Below are positions 1 to 7,979 of a stretch of DNA of 32,360 nt, piece by piece. The stretch spans positions 1 to 32,360 of the IMG/VR virus record IMGVR_UViG_3300027819_000042. One strand, written 5' to 3'. The notes beneath the pieces were generated by a model, which worked only from the letters and a program-made list of their open reading frames with translations, was not told the origin of the DNA and did not search any database. A program made the position numbers and the translations under genes. This DNA is from a virus (Duplodnaviria > Caudoviricetes). How positions within the stretch are numbered: the stretch's first letter is position 1; each line of letters begins with the position of its first letter.

Positions 1-304
1 AAAGCCACAAAAACTTACTGTGTCTTGTAGCAATGTGCCCCGCGAAAATAAGACAGTCAAGATTCGGGTGTGGATGTGTTCGCATGTAATCTGCAATAAT
101 CTGCATATCCGCGCCTTCCTTTGTGTCATGCGTTACGTCAATGGCACAGACCACTCCTGCGGCATTAGGATTATGATCCGAGAGCCGCTTAGCGTGGGCT
201 GTATCTCCTTTCGCTCCGTCACTTACCTTACTCCGCTCCGGGAACATCGTATTGATTTCATCCCGCAGTGTTACAAGTGAATCTGCTAATCTCCATTTAC
301 TCAT
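1..304 (-). CDS. Putative endolysin, Zn-peptidase (M15-like) type; runs off the left edge; absent from the ORF track
   Basis: Manual translation from ATG at 304 (SD AAGGAG): MSKWRLADSLVTLRDEINTMFPERSKVSDGAKGDTAHAKRLSDHNPNAAGVVCAIDVTHD..., open to the edge. The W-LA-SL--LR-EIN / SDG--GD-AH / SDHNP / GVV-A-D pattern resembles phage lysin peptidase domains I recall. Confidence 0.7.
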   Translation of the reverse strand, partial: MSKWRLADSLVTLRDEINTMFPERSKVSDGAKGDTAHAKRLSDHNPNAAGVVCAIDVTHDTKEGADMQIIADYMRTHPHPNLDCLIFAGHIATRHSKFLWL

Positions 305-325
305 GGGTCTCTCCTTTCAGTTTTT

Positions 326-535
326 TTAATGTTTCTTTTTATAAAATAATTTATCCATCCTCCTTTCCTTTTTATTTTTCCTCTCATAATTATCAAGCAC
401 GTACTTTGCCATTAAAAGATAATCATGTTTGGAGTATGATGACAATTCTCTCCATGCACGATTGCGTATTTCAGCACTTGTGAACATCTGACATAATCCA
501 TACAACTCCCGCGCAAGCTTTTCTCTGTTTGTCAT
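326..535 (-). CDS. Hypothetical phage protein
   Basis: ORF track; SD GGAGG; ATGA overlap with upstream gene. Confidence 0.7.
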   Translation of the reverse strand: MTNREKLARELYGLCQMFTSAEIRNRAWRELSSYSKHDYLLMAKYVLDNYERKNKKERRMDKLFYKKKH

Positions 536-729
536 TTACCCTCCTGTACATCAATAATGCAAACAGTAAGGCTTTCCACTGTCCCTTTGTAGCCGCCCAT
601 GAATCTAATCTGGAAATTTTTCTTAATGTTATTCTGTGTAGCATCAGTCAAGAATGATACTGTTACATTGCGTGTAATTTTGGACTTTATTTTCTTCTTT
701 CTCATTGCCAGCTTTTCTTTGCGTGTCAT
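532..729 (-). CDS. Hypothetical basic protein
   Basis: ORF track; SD GAGGAG; ATGA coupling at both ends. Confidence 0.7.
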   Translation of the reverse strand: MTRKEKLAMRKKKIKSKITRNVTVSFLTDATQNNIKKNFQIRFMGGYKGTVESLTVCIIDVQEGK

Positions 730-971
730 TTCTTCTCCTCACATGTTTGTTTTATGGCGCGCCATAATATCCATTCATTGTCAGAAAATAGATTATCAAT
801 TTCTTTATTTTCATTATACACATCCTGCACAGGTTTTAGCCGCGATTCCAGCAATTCAATCTCCGCTTCCTGCTCGCGGACTATCTTAATTAGTTTAATT
901 TTGTCCATGCTAGGCCAACATAAATTATCTCCATAGAAACTATCCACAAACTCTTTCTGTTCTTTTGTCAT
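726..971 (-). CDS. Hypothetical phage protein
   Basis: ORF track; ATGA coupling. Confidence 0.7.
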   Translation of the reverse strand: MTKEQKEFVDSFYGDNLCWPSMDKIKLIKIVREQEAEIELLESRLKPVQDVYNENKEIDNLFSDNEWILWRAIKQTCEEKK

Positions 972-1213
972 TTCGTCTCTCCCATAAATTTATCCCCTTC
1001 CGCAATCACATCAGCGCGGCAGGCGTTCCAATTCTTTACTGCTGATAGAGACACATAAAATCCAAATCCTTTTTCCTCTGGCACAATCGCATCAATAGCG
1101 GCTTGTGCGGCAAGGCGCATATAATGTGCCGTAAAATCTATATCATGCCTTGATTCACTATTACTTTGCATCCTCTGAATTGTGTCAGAAAGTGTTAAAT
1201 TTTGTTTAGACAT
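968..1213 (-). CDS. Hypothetical phage protein
   Basis: ORF track; SD AAGGAG; coupled. Confidence 0.7.
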   Translation of the reverse strand: MSKQNLTLSDTIQRMQSNSESRHDIDFTAHYMRLAAQAAIDAIVPEEKGFGFYVSLSAVKNWNACRADVIAEGDKFMGETK

Positions 1214-1406
1214 GAAAATTCTCCTTTTTGGTTTCCCGCCCCATCAACCTTCGGAATCCGCGTATGGCATTATATGATTTTGAATATACTTTGTCTGGTT
1301 TTTTGCAATATACACAATAAATTTTCCAGCCCATATAAGCATTAAACCAGAAACCTATTTTACTGCTTCCACATTTAGAACACTTCAAATCATCGGGTAG
1401 AATCAT
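1206..1406 (-). CDS. Small Zn-ribbon protein (Lar-like layout), paralog of 1390..1593
   Basis: DDLKCSKCGS ... CVYC ... GFRR. Confidence 0.65.
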   Translation of the reverse strand: MILPDDLKCSKCGSSKIGFWFNAYMGWKIYCVYCKKPDKVYSKSYNAIRGFRRLMGRETKKENFHV

Positions 1407-1593
1407 TCTTCATCCTTTCCCGCTTCATCCATCTACGGAATCCGCAGCGTGCTCCTTTCTCATTTTGATACGCTCGTCCTGTATCGCCACCGCAATGGCT
1501 GCACTCGTAGAACATAGAATAAGTGTCATATATTCTTAGACGTATTTCTTTGCTCCCACACTTCGGACACTTCAAGTCATCGGATAGTTTCAT
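1390..1593 (-). CDS. Small Zn-ribbon protein (Lar-like layout), paralog of 1206..1406
   Basis: Start moved to ATG 1593 (SD AAGGTGA, ATGA overlap); MKLSDDLKCPKCGS ... CSHCGG ... GFRRWM. Confidence 0.65.
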   Translation of the reverse strand: MKLSDDLKCPKCGSKEIRLRIYDTYSMFYECSHCGGDTGRAYQNEKGARCGFRRWMKRERMKNDSTR

Positions 1594-1820
1594 TTCTTCA
1601 CCTTCCTTTTTGGTATTGTAACGATAAAGTGCTCGTTCTTTTTCAACATCGTTTTGATAATTCGTTCTACGGCTGCGGAATAACTCCACCCTGCGCCGCC
1701 ATATTTAGTGTCTGCCATCTCCGCTACAAGTCTCTGTGCCTTATGATTATTGCCATCTGAAAACAATTCATCTGCTATTTTTTCAGCAACTATTCTTACT
1801 TTGTCTGTTTGTGTCATCAT
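1590..1820 (-). CDS. Hypothetical phage protein
   Basis: ORF track; start moved to ATG overlapping the upstream stop. Confidence 0.7.
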   Translation of the reverse strand: MMTQTDKVRIVAEKIADELFSDGNNHKAQRLVAEMADTKYGGAGWSYSAAVERIIKTMLKKNEHFIVTIPKRKVKK

Positions 1821-2335
1821 TTCACTTTCTCCAATCGGCATCCTTTTTTAATGCCCCATATTTTGCAAGCCTTCTTGCTTGTTTTAAAAATATCTACCTT
1901 TCTGTACCACGGCTTGCACGGTTTAAATTTCTTATCGCATCCCATCCTATCCTCAACTTGCGCGTAAATCTTATTAACCTCACAGGTTAAGACAATTTTT
2001 GTGTGCATCGGGAACAGTTTCTCTACATCACGGGACACAGCGATATATCTTGGACTTGTATGTTTCCCTGTTGCAGTTTTATAACTCCCTGTTTCTCCTG
2101 AATAATAACAAGTGGCACTGACTATGAGTGAGCTTGCTGGCTGGCTCTGTATTGCTACAGATTTAAAGTTTAAGCCACCTGCCATAATGCAGGAAGCCAT
2201 CACCACCAGCCATGCAAGTTTACGTTTATAAATCCGCGCAGGCAAAGAGGATGCAATGCAAGCCACAGCAAATGCCATGACAAGGGTCTTTGCCCCGCGT
2301 GTGAGTGCAAGCATAAATTTATAAGTTCTTGTCAT
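1817..2335 (-). CDS. 3D-domain (MltA-like, three-Asp) putative lytic transglycosylase with N-terminal hydrophobic segments
   Basis: ATCYYS...KTATGK...IAVSRD...FPMHTKI...VEDRMG...VDIF...WG motif series typical of 3D domains. Confidence 0.75.
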   Translation of the reverse strand: MTRTYKFMLALTRGAKTLVMAFAVACIASSLPARIYKRKLAWLVVMASCIMAGGLNFKSVAIQSQPASSLIVSATCYYSGETGSYKTATGKHTSPRYIAVSRDVEKLFPMHTKIVLTCEVNKIYAQVEDRMGCDKKFKPCKPWYRKVDIFKTSKKACKIWGIKKGCRLEKVK

Positions 2336-2478
2336 TATTCTCTCCTCATTTTATCACAAAACAAACAATACGTGTCCCAATCAGATAACCAGCCGTCAGC
2401 ATCAAACCATGTATGCCAGCCGCGCCTGCATTTCCATTCACAGATAAGAATTTTTATTTTATAATACCATGTTTTCAT
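2335..2478 (-). CDS. Small Cys/Trp-rich hypothetical protein
   Basis: MKTWYY...C--GWH-W...C-FC; ATGA coupling. Confidence 0.55.
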   Translation of the reverse strand: MKTWYYKIKILICEWKCRRGWHTWFDADGWLSDWDTYCLFCDKMRRE

Positions 2479-2660
2479 TTCTTGACCTTCTTTTCCACAA
2501 CGCAGAGTTCTACCACCTTGAAACAATCCATGCCGTAGATAAAACCCTCTGCCCATTTTTTGGTTTTAAATACATATATCAATTCACCGTGATGGAACGC
2601 GGAATTACATTCAACGGGTGTATTATCGTGGGTATCCACTATCATCCAATATCTACTCAT
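2475..2660 (-). CDS. Hypothetical phage protein
   Basis: ORF track; start moved to ATG 2660 (SD GAGGTG). Confidence 0.6.
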   Translation of the reverse strand: MSRYWMIVDTHDNTPVECNSAFHHGELIYVFKTKKWAEGFIYGMDCFKVVELCVVEKKVKK

Positions 2661-2877
2661 CGTCCACCTCACTTTCTAATTGCAAATATGCTTTAAATTG
2701 CACGATGTTATATTTCTTGAGCAACCCGATAATAATATCTCTATCCTCTGTAGATATTTCAGGCGCACACTGAATAAGGTTAATGCCCTCACGTGGTTCG
2801 CCATCTTCCCATACAAAAACATACTCTATTATGTCGCCATTATTTAAAATTAACTTATTGCAACCTGTTCGTTTCAT
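2653..2877 (-). CDS. Hypothetical phage protein
   Basis: ORF track; SD GGAGG. Confidence 0.7.
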   Translation of the reverse strand: MKRTGCNKLILNNGDIIEYVFVWEDGEPREGINLIQCAPEISTEDRDIIIGLLKKYNIVQFKAYLQLESEVDDE

Positions 2878-2896
2878 TTCGCCTCCCTTAGTTTTT

Positions 2897-3379
2897 TCAC
2901 TTATGCTCCAACGGAAAAGAATTTAAGTAAGCAAATTCGCCATGATATTTTAAAGCAGCTATATTGTATGCTTTGGCGGCTTCAAGTTTATTTTTAAAAC
3001 AACCTATGTAAATTTGCTTTTTATTTACTTTAATTTGGGCAGCCCAAAGTCTTCCATGTTTATAAAAAATTACACCTTTGTAGCCAGACGTATTATTTTT
3101 TGGTTTTATTGTATTCATTTGATTTTCAGAGTTCGTGCAAGCCCTTAAATTTGAACGCTGATTATTTAATGTATTTCTATCAATATGGTCTACGAACAAT
3201 CCATCCTGGATATTTAAAATAATTCTGTGCATTAAAATTTTTATCCTTGAATTTATACCTCTCCTTACATAAAAGAAAGTATTTTGTCTATGGGCATACC
3301 ACTTCCACTGATTCAACCACTCAAAATCTTTATCATCCACCATTGCAAATTTACCTTGCGTCAACGGTATCAGTTTCAT
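2897..3379 (-). CDS. HNH endonuclease with C-terminal AP2 domain (copy 1)
   Basis: MHRIIL...VDHIDRNTLNNQRSNLR (HNH_3); SGYKGV...WAAQI...YIG-F...EAAKAYN-AALKYHGEFA (AP2). Confidence 0.92.
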   Translation of the reverse strand: MKLIPLTQGKFAMVDDKDFEWLNQWKWYAHRQNTFFYVRRGINSRIKILMHRIILNIQDGLFVDHIDRNTLNNQRSNLRACTNSENQMNTIKPKNNTSGYKGVIFYKHGRLWAAQIKVNKKQIYIGCFKNKLEAAKAYNIAALKYHGEFAYLNSFPLEHK

Positions 3380-3498
3380 TTCCTTTTCCTATCCCAATAA
3401 GGTGATTTACATTTAGCGCACAAGCGGATTTCCTGTTTGCGGGGTATCCATACATAGCCGCACCGTAAGCACTTTATTGTTTTGAGTTTTAGTTTCAT
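3376..3498 (-). CDS. 40-aa Zn-ribbon protein, near-leaderless, coupled to HNH copy 1; absent from the ORF track
   Basis: MKLKLKTIKCLRCGYVWIPRKQEIRLCAKCKSPYWDRKRK; stop overlaps the HNH ATG; paralog at 5056..5184. Confidence 0.85.
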   Translation of the reverse strand: MKLKLKTIKCLRCGYVWIPRKQEIRLCAKCKSPYWDRKRK

Positions 3499-3505
3499 TA
3501 TTAAG

Positions 3506-3535
3506 AGTATAGCATATAAGTAAGTTACTTGTCAA
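3506..3535 (-). promoter_or_regulatory. sigma70-type promoter with palindromic operator candidate
   Basis: TTGACA-18-TATACT with TG extension; AAGTAA-C-TTACTT inverted repeat abutting the -35; ATG 7 nt after the -10. Confidence 0.8.
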
Positions 3536-3538
3536 GTA

Positions 3539-3895
3539 TTATTTGTGTAGTTTGACCCATTGCTCAAAATCTTGAAAGTCCGTATCCTTTTTATTCCAGC
3601 ATACAGTAGAAAACGATATGCAATTATCAGATTGCTCAAGGAAAAATTTCTGTTCAGGTTTTAACGTATCGCCTGAATCCTTACTTTCAATGAATAATAC
3701 ACGCTTGCCATTATTCGCAATAAAATCAGGCAAACCTTTATCATAAACATTAGCGCGCCGTTTACCTGCTGTTGCGCCATTATTCACACGGTACACTTTG
3801 AACCCTTGCCGCTCAAGCGCATGGCGGATACGCAAGGATAACGACTCCGTAGGCTTATCTTCCTGCACCACAACAACAGGTTTAAGTTTCTTCAT
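3539..3895 (-). CDS. VRR-NUC / PD-(D/E)XK nuclease (resolvase-like)
   Basis: GFKVYRVN...KGLPDFIA...VLFIESK...LKPEQKFF. Confidence 0.85.
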   Translation of the reverse strand: MKKLKPVVVVQEDKPTESLSLRIRHALERQGFKVYRVNNGATAGKRRANVYDKGLPDFIANNGKRVLFIESKDSGDTLKPEQKFFLEQSDNCISFSTVCWNKKDTDFQDFEQWVKLHK

Positions 3896-4065
3896 TTTCC
3901 TCTCTTATAAAGTTTTTTTAAATTCCTTTTCACCTGCTTCATATTCTTCGCATCGGTAAGAAGCGCGAAGGTTCTAAGTGGTATAAAATCAGCTTGCACT
4001 TCCGCGCTTGCCGGACGGATGATTACTTTGCGATGTTTTCTGTCAAGCGTTACAAGTTTTTTCAT
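3892..4065 (-). CDS. 57-aa hypothetical protein; absent from the ORF track
   Basis: MKKLVTLDRKHRKVIIRP...KRGK fills the gap with ATGA overlaps at both ends. Confidence 0.6.
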   Translation of the reverse strand: MKKLVTLDRKHRKVIIRPASAEVQADFIPLRTFALLTDAKNMKQVKRNLKKLYKRGK

Positions 4066-4262
4066 TCTATGTTTTCCTTTGGTATAAGTCTTGCAATATA
4101 AAATGTACCCCTTTTACTGTCAGTGAGTTCAACGATATAAATTTCGGCATGTTTTACTATCTCTCTTGCCTGTTTTCTCGTTGCAATCCTTGCTTTATCT
4201 ACACAAAAAGCATTCTTAAAAAATTCCAACACTTCCGTTCTTTTACTTTTTTGTTTTTTCAT
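4062..4262 (-). CDS. Hypothetical phage protein
   Basis: ORF track; SD GAGGTGA. Confidence 0.65.
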   Translation of the reverse strand: MKKQKSKRTEVLEFFKNAFCVDKARIATRKQAREIVKHAEIYIVELTDSKRGTFYIARLIPKENIE

Positions 4263-4518
4263 CGTTCACCTCACTCATAAATTCCTCAACTATTTTATCG
4301 CACACACACGGCACATCCCCCCAATAATGTGAATAAAAAAATGTTATTCCAATCCCCATAAAACATATTCTACCATCAATAATTTTACCTGACGGACAAT
4401 AACATCTATGGCTGCCATCATTAAAACGCTTAACCCAGAAACTCCTCTCATTGTAGGCATTATAAAATAGGACACATAATTGACGATTGCCTAATGTCCC
4501 GATGTTAATTTCTTTCAT
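4243..4518 (-). CDS. Hypothetical phage protein
   Basis: ORF track; SD GAGGTGA. Confidence 0.65.
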   Translation of the reverse strand: MKEINIGTLGNRQLCVLFYNAYNERSFWVKRFNDGSHRCYCPSGKIIDGRICFMGIGITFFYSHYWGDVPCVCDKIVEEFMSEVNDEKTKK

Positions 4519-5059
4519 TGTTCACCTCTCCACATACGCATTTATGCACCTGTGGAATAGAATTCAAGCAAGCAAATTCACCATGATATTTTAAGGCGGC
4601 TTCGTTATAGGATTGCGCGGCTTCAATTTTATTTTTGAAATTACCAATGAAATAACGTTTTTCATTTAACTGTATTGTAACTCTCCAGCGTTTATTTCTT
4701 TTATGGAAATCCACGCCCTTAAAACCTGAAGTATTATTTTTTTTCATTTTACTATTCATTGAATTTTGAGATGTAGAGCAAATTCTTAAATTTTTTCTTT
4801 GGTTATTCAAAGTATTTCTATCAATGTGGTCTGTAAATAATCCAGCAGGGGTATTTAAAATAACTCGGTGCATAAATATTATTTGCTGATTACCTCTCCA
4901 TCTCCATGTCAACTTTTTATTTACAATAAATACTCTTTGTGCGTAAGGATAATGCCCATGTCTATTATAATGTGCGTGCCATTTCCATTGATTCAACCAC
5001 TCATAATCTTCATCATCAACCATAGCAAACTTTCCAAGCGTGAGCGGTATTAGTTTCAT
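4505..5059 (-). CDS. HNH endonuclease with AP2 domain (copy 2)
   Basis: TDHIDRNTLNNQRKNLR; SGFKGV...EAAQSYNEAALKYHGEFA; N-terminus MKLIPLT shared with copies 1 and 3. Confidence 0.92.
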   Translation of the reverse strand: MKLIPLTLGKFAMVDDEDYEWLNQWKWHAHYNRHGHYPYAQRVFIVNKKLTWRWRGNQQIIFMHRVILNTPAGLFTDHIDRNTLNNQRKNLRICSTSQNSMNSKMKKNNTSGFKGVDFHKRNKRWRVTIQLNEKRYFIGNFKNKIEAAQSYNEAALKYHGEFACLNSIPQVHKCVCGEVNNERN

Positions 5060-5184
5060 TTCCTTTTCCTCTCCGTATCAAAGTAAGCACTCTTGCATTT
5101 AGCGCACATCCTGATTTCCGTTTTCTTCGGATACCATTCATGCCCGCATCGCTTACATTTGAGTTTTGTTAGTTTTATTTTCAT
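5056..5184 (-). CDS. 42-aa Zn-ribbon protein, near-leaderless, coupled to HNH copy 2; absent from the ORF track
   Basis: MKIKLTKLKCKRCGHEWYPKKTEIRMCAKCKSAYFDTERKRK; paralog of 3376..3498. Confidence 0.85.
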   Translation of the reverse strand: MKIKLTKLKCKRCGHEWYPKKTEIRMCAKCKSAYFDTERKRK

Positions 5185-5192
5185 ACGGTTAG

Positions 5193-5221
5193 AGTATACC
5201 ACAAGGTAAGTTATTTGTCAA
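5193..5221 (-). promoter_or_regulatory. sigma70-type promoter
   Basis: TTGACA-17-TATACT with TGTG extension; spacer shares TAACTTAC with the 3506..3535 promoter; ATG 8 nt after the -10. Confidence 0.82.
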
Positions 5222-5363
5222 GAGTATCATCTTTTAATTGGCAGGCGCATTCGTCCTTATACTCACCGCATTCATCACAGAACCGCCAGCTTTCATCGCC
5301 ATGTCGTGTCTGCGCGCTGTAGATTGCAGATGAATCGGAAGCGGGAGTATGGTCAGCCATCAT
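5211..5363 (-). CDS. Small Cys-containing hypothetical protein; absent from the ORF track
   Basis: MMADHTP...FCDECGEYKDECACQLKDDTLDK; SD GAGG; coupled to the upstream stop. Confidence 0.5.
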   Translation of the reverse strand: MMADHTPASDSSAIYSAQTRHGDESWRFCDECGEYKDECACQLKDDTLDK

Positions 5364-5515
5364 TTCGCCTCACTTTTCAACATATCGTTAATATCTTTTA
5401 CCTGCCGCAGAATCTCATCAAGCTGTTCTAATAATTTTGCTTGCCATTCATCGGTAGTCATACCTTCCACCGGAGGCTTCTCTCCGCAACAATAACTTTC
5501 ATGGTCTCCACTCAT
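5360..5515 (-). CDS. Hypothetical phage protein
   Basis: Start moved to ATG 5515 (SD AAGGAG). Confidence 0.6.
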   Translation of the reverse strand: MSGDHESYCCGEKPPVEGMTTDEWQAKLLEQLDEILRQVKDINDMLKSEAK

Positions 5516-5529
5516 TTTATCTCCTTTTA

Positions 5530-6216
5530 TCATATCAACCACCTACTCGCAATAATTTTCTCACTGTAGAATCTTACGCCGGACATACTTCCCTGCCCTT
5601 TATAAACCTGTGCAAATTTCTGTAATTCTTTTTCATCGGGAATCATATACTCACGCGGCACAAGGTTAATATCTGTAATCTCAAACTTCCACACTTCACG
5701 GACGCTCACGCCTTCAACTTTCTTCTGTTCCTCAATCTGCCTTTCTTCAGCTTTCCGTTCATCTGCAATTTCCTGCTTCGCTTCCACAATTTCACGGATG
5801 CGGTCAATGTTCTCTACAGTTGTGTTTTTCGTCAACTTCTTTTGTTCGGCAATCAATCGTTGCTCTTCTTTCAACCGTTCCATTTCCGCCGCCGCCCTCG
5901 CTGCTTCAAGTTTCCGTTCTTCCGCCATTTGAAAATCTAACAATGCTTTCTTGAAAGCGCGTTCGGCATTCTCAAGAATATCCATCGGTTTCTTAAAGAG
6001 CGCCATCACAGACTTTTTAGCTTCGTCCATCGGCTTGGTAATTTCCTTACGGCGGTCGTCCAGCGTCTTACTTAACGCCTTGACTTTTTGCAGGCTACCA
6101 CTCGCCATTTCAGCTTCATCTTTTGTGCTGATTTTCAATGCGGCGGCGGATTCATACAGCATCACGGCTGTTTGATGGTGGGTCTGTAACTCGGACTGAT
6201 AGGTTTCTTGTATCAT
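5530..6216 (-). CDS. Coiled-coil phage protein of a type often found beside recombination genes
   Basis: Long helical region (RKEITKPMDEAKK) then EGVSVREVWKFEITD--LVPREY...GVRFY. Confidence 0.7.
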   Translation of the reverse strand: MIQETYQSELQTHHQTAVMLYESAAALKISTKDEAEMASGSLQKVKALSKTLDDRRKEITKPMDEAKKSVMALFKKPMDILENAERAFKKALLDFQMAEERKLEAARAAAEMERLKEEQRLIAEQKKLTKNTTVENIDRIREIVEAKQEIADERKAEERQIEEQKKVEGVSVREVWKFEITDINLVPREYMIPDEKELQKFAQVYKGQGSMSGVRFYSEKIIASRWLI

Positions 6217-7319
6217 TTTACCTCCTCATTCAAATCCGCAAAATCCTCGCCAAGCTCAACCTCGCCCATATCTGCGCCCCCCGTTATCATCCCTGCCCGC
6301 TCCCTGTAATCCATAATCATTGCATCAAGGTCGGCGTCCTTACATGCAGGCAGTCCGCGCTTACCTGTAACCTTAAACATCTGGTCTTTACGCAGAACAT
6401 CCCTCGTGGCTTTATGATCCGGCGTGTTGTTTGCTTTGTGGAAATCGTTGAACGCCTGCCAGTATTCTTTTTGTTTCGGCGTGTATTCTTTTTTGCCTTC
6501 CGCCGGAGTTTGCACCGCCGCCGCGCTTGCCGTATGCGGTATAGCCTCTATCATTTTCTTACATTGCTCTTCAGTGGCTTCATTCAGATGCGCCACCTTG
6601 AAAACGTGCTGGAGATCGTGTCTGTATTCTTCCGCGTTTTTTGTGCCGGATACCTTACAAAAATTCTGTACGGCTTGCGAAACCTGAATCTGGAAAGATG
6701 TAAGATTTGACTTCACCTTGCCATTTCCCGTCTTTGTGGCTGTCTGTGTAGCCGCTTGCGGTTTCTGTGGCGTGGCGGCGGCTTTCTGTTCGCCTGACGT
6801 GGTTTTAGTGGGTTCAGGATGCACAGGTTCAGCGTTTATTATATCATTCTCCTCTTTCGTGTATGGAAGCCCGCCCAAATCATCGCTGAAACAGATACGG
6901 AAAGCCTGTGCAATGCAGACCTTTTTGAGCATGAAATGTGGCATAGCGTTCCATGTGCTTTGATTTTTGTTAAACTCTGCCGCCTCACATTCCCATTCAA
7001 ACGGCTGTGCGAAGTCTTTTCGGTGTATCGTACACTTTGCACGTTTGCCATTATCAAGCACTTCTACCTTCCACCCGTCCAGCTTTCCTGTCCGTTCAGC
7101 GCGCTTCAAATAGACTTCATAGCCAACCACAATCTGAAGCGGTTTACTTGCATCATACTTAATAAGATGCACTTCCCGCTTGTATGGATTAAGACCAAAA
7201 CTTGAAATTACGCCACAGGCAATCATAAGCTCTTTGTCTGTTGCGTTCGGACAGAATTGCGCCTTGAGGTCAGCAAGAGTTATTACGCTTTCCGGTTTTA
7301 CTGCAAGTTCAGCTTTCAT
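6213..7319 (-). CDS. bet: Bet/RecT-family ssDNA annealing protein with long C-terminal extension
   Basis: CPNATDKEL...GLNPYKREVHLIKY...IVVGYEVYLKRAERTG...W-AMP-FMLKKVCIAQAFR--F...GLPYT-EE. Confidence 0.85.
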   Translation of the reverse strand: MKAELAVKPESVITLADLKAQFCPNATDKELMIACGVISSFGLNPYKREVHLIKYDASKPLQIVVGYEVYLKRAERTGKLDGWKVEVLDNGKRAKCTIHRKDFAQPFEWECEAAEFNKNQSTWNAMPHFMLKKVCIAQAFRICFSDDLGGLPYTKEENDIINAEPVHPEPTKTTSGEQKAAATPQKPQAATQTATKTGNGKVKSNLTSFQIQVSQAVQNFCKVSGTKNAEEYRHDLQHVFKVAHLNEATEEQCKKMIEAIPHTASAAAVQTPAEGKKEYTPKQKEYWQAFNDFHKANNTPDHKATRDVLRKDQMFKVTGKRGLPACKDADLDAMIMDYRERAGMITGGADMGEVELGEDFADLNEEVK

Positions 7320-7333
7320 TTTTCACTCTCCTT

Positions 7334-7489
7334 TCAATCTTCCTCGCAAGTTAATTTTACTTCTGTTATCTCTTCCGTGCATTGGATTTTTTTGCGAGCT
7401 TTTTTAATAGCTTCATCAATGTCTTTTGCATTGACAATGCAGGAATCAAAATTATTACCAAACATTACGTACCAAAGTCTTGCTTTCAT
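7334..7489 (-). CDS. 51-aa hypothetical protein; absent from the ORF track
   Basis: MKARLWYVMFGNNFDSCIVNAKDIDEAIKKARKK...; SD GAGGTGA; fills the gap before bet. Confidence 0.7.
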   Translation of the reverse strand: MKARLWYVMFGNNFDSCIVNAKDIDEAIKKARKKIQCTEEITEVKLTCEED

Positions 7490-7979
7490 CTTTCACCTCT
7501 CCTTGTGGAATAGAATTTAATCTTGCAAATTCTCCGTGATATTTTAATGCGGCAATGTTGTATGCTTGAGCGGCTACAAGTTTAGTTTTATATGTTCCGA
7601 GCCACATTGCTTTTTTATTGACAACTATTTTCACCTGCCACCCTTTACCCTTTCCAAAAACACCTTTAAATCCCGAAGAACTGTTAATATGTCTTGAGGA
7701 ATTTTTCATATTATCGGAGCGGGTACACGTTCTTAAATTATTTCTGCGATTATCTAATGCGTTCCCGTTAATATGGTCTGTATCCATTCCATCGGGAGTA
7801 TTATTTATAATACGGTGCATCCGTAAATGTTTTCCTTTTTTATTTATGCGAATAGAAGTAATGGCATATATTCTTCCATTTTTTTCTGGTGTAGCATACC
7901 ATCGCCGTTGTATGAGTGTATCAAAAATATCATCATCTACGATAGAGAATTTTCCCCGTGTTAAAGGTATCAGTTTCAT
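7455..7979 (-). CDS. HNH endonuclease with AP2 domain (copy 3)
   Basis: TDHINGNALDNRRNNLR; SGFKGV...WLGTY...AAQAYNIAALKYHGEFA. Confidence 0.92.
   Translation of the reverse strand: MKLIPLTRGKFSIVDDDIFDTLIQRRWYATPEKNGRIYAITSIRINKKGKHLRMHRIINNTPDGMDTDHINGNALDNRRNNLRTCTRSDNMKNSSRHINSSSGFKGVFGKGKGWQVKIVVNKKAMWLGTYKTKLVAAQAYNIAALKYHGEFARLNSIPQGEVKDESKTLVRNVW

Noticed and set aside
2897-7979. HNH genes as group I intron or intein cargo
   Set aside because: Flanking genes look complete with their own starts and stops, and I could not identify intron core elements.
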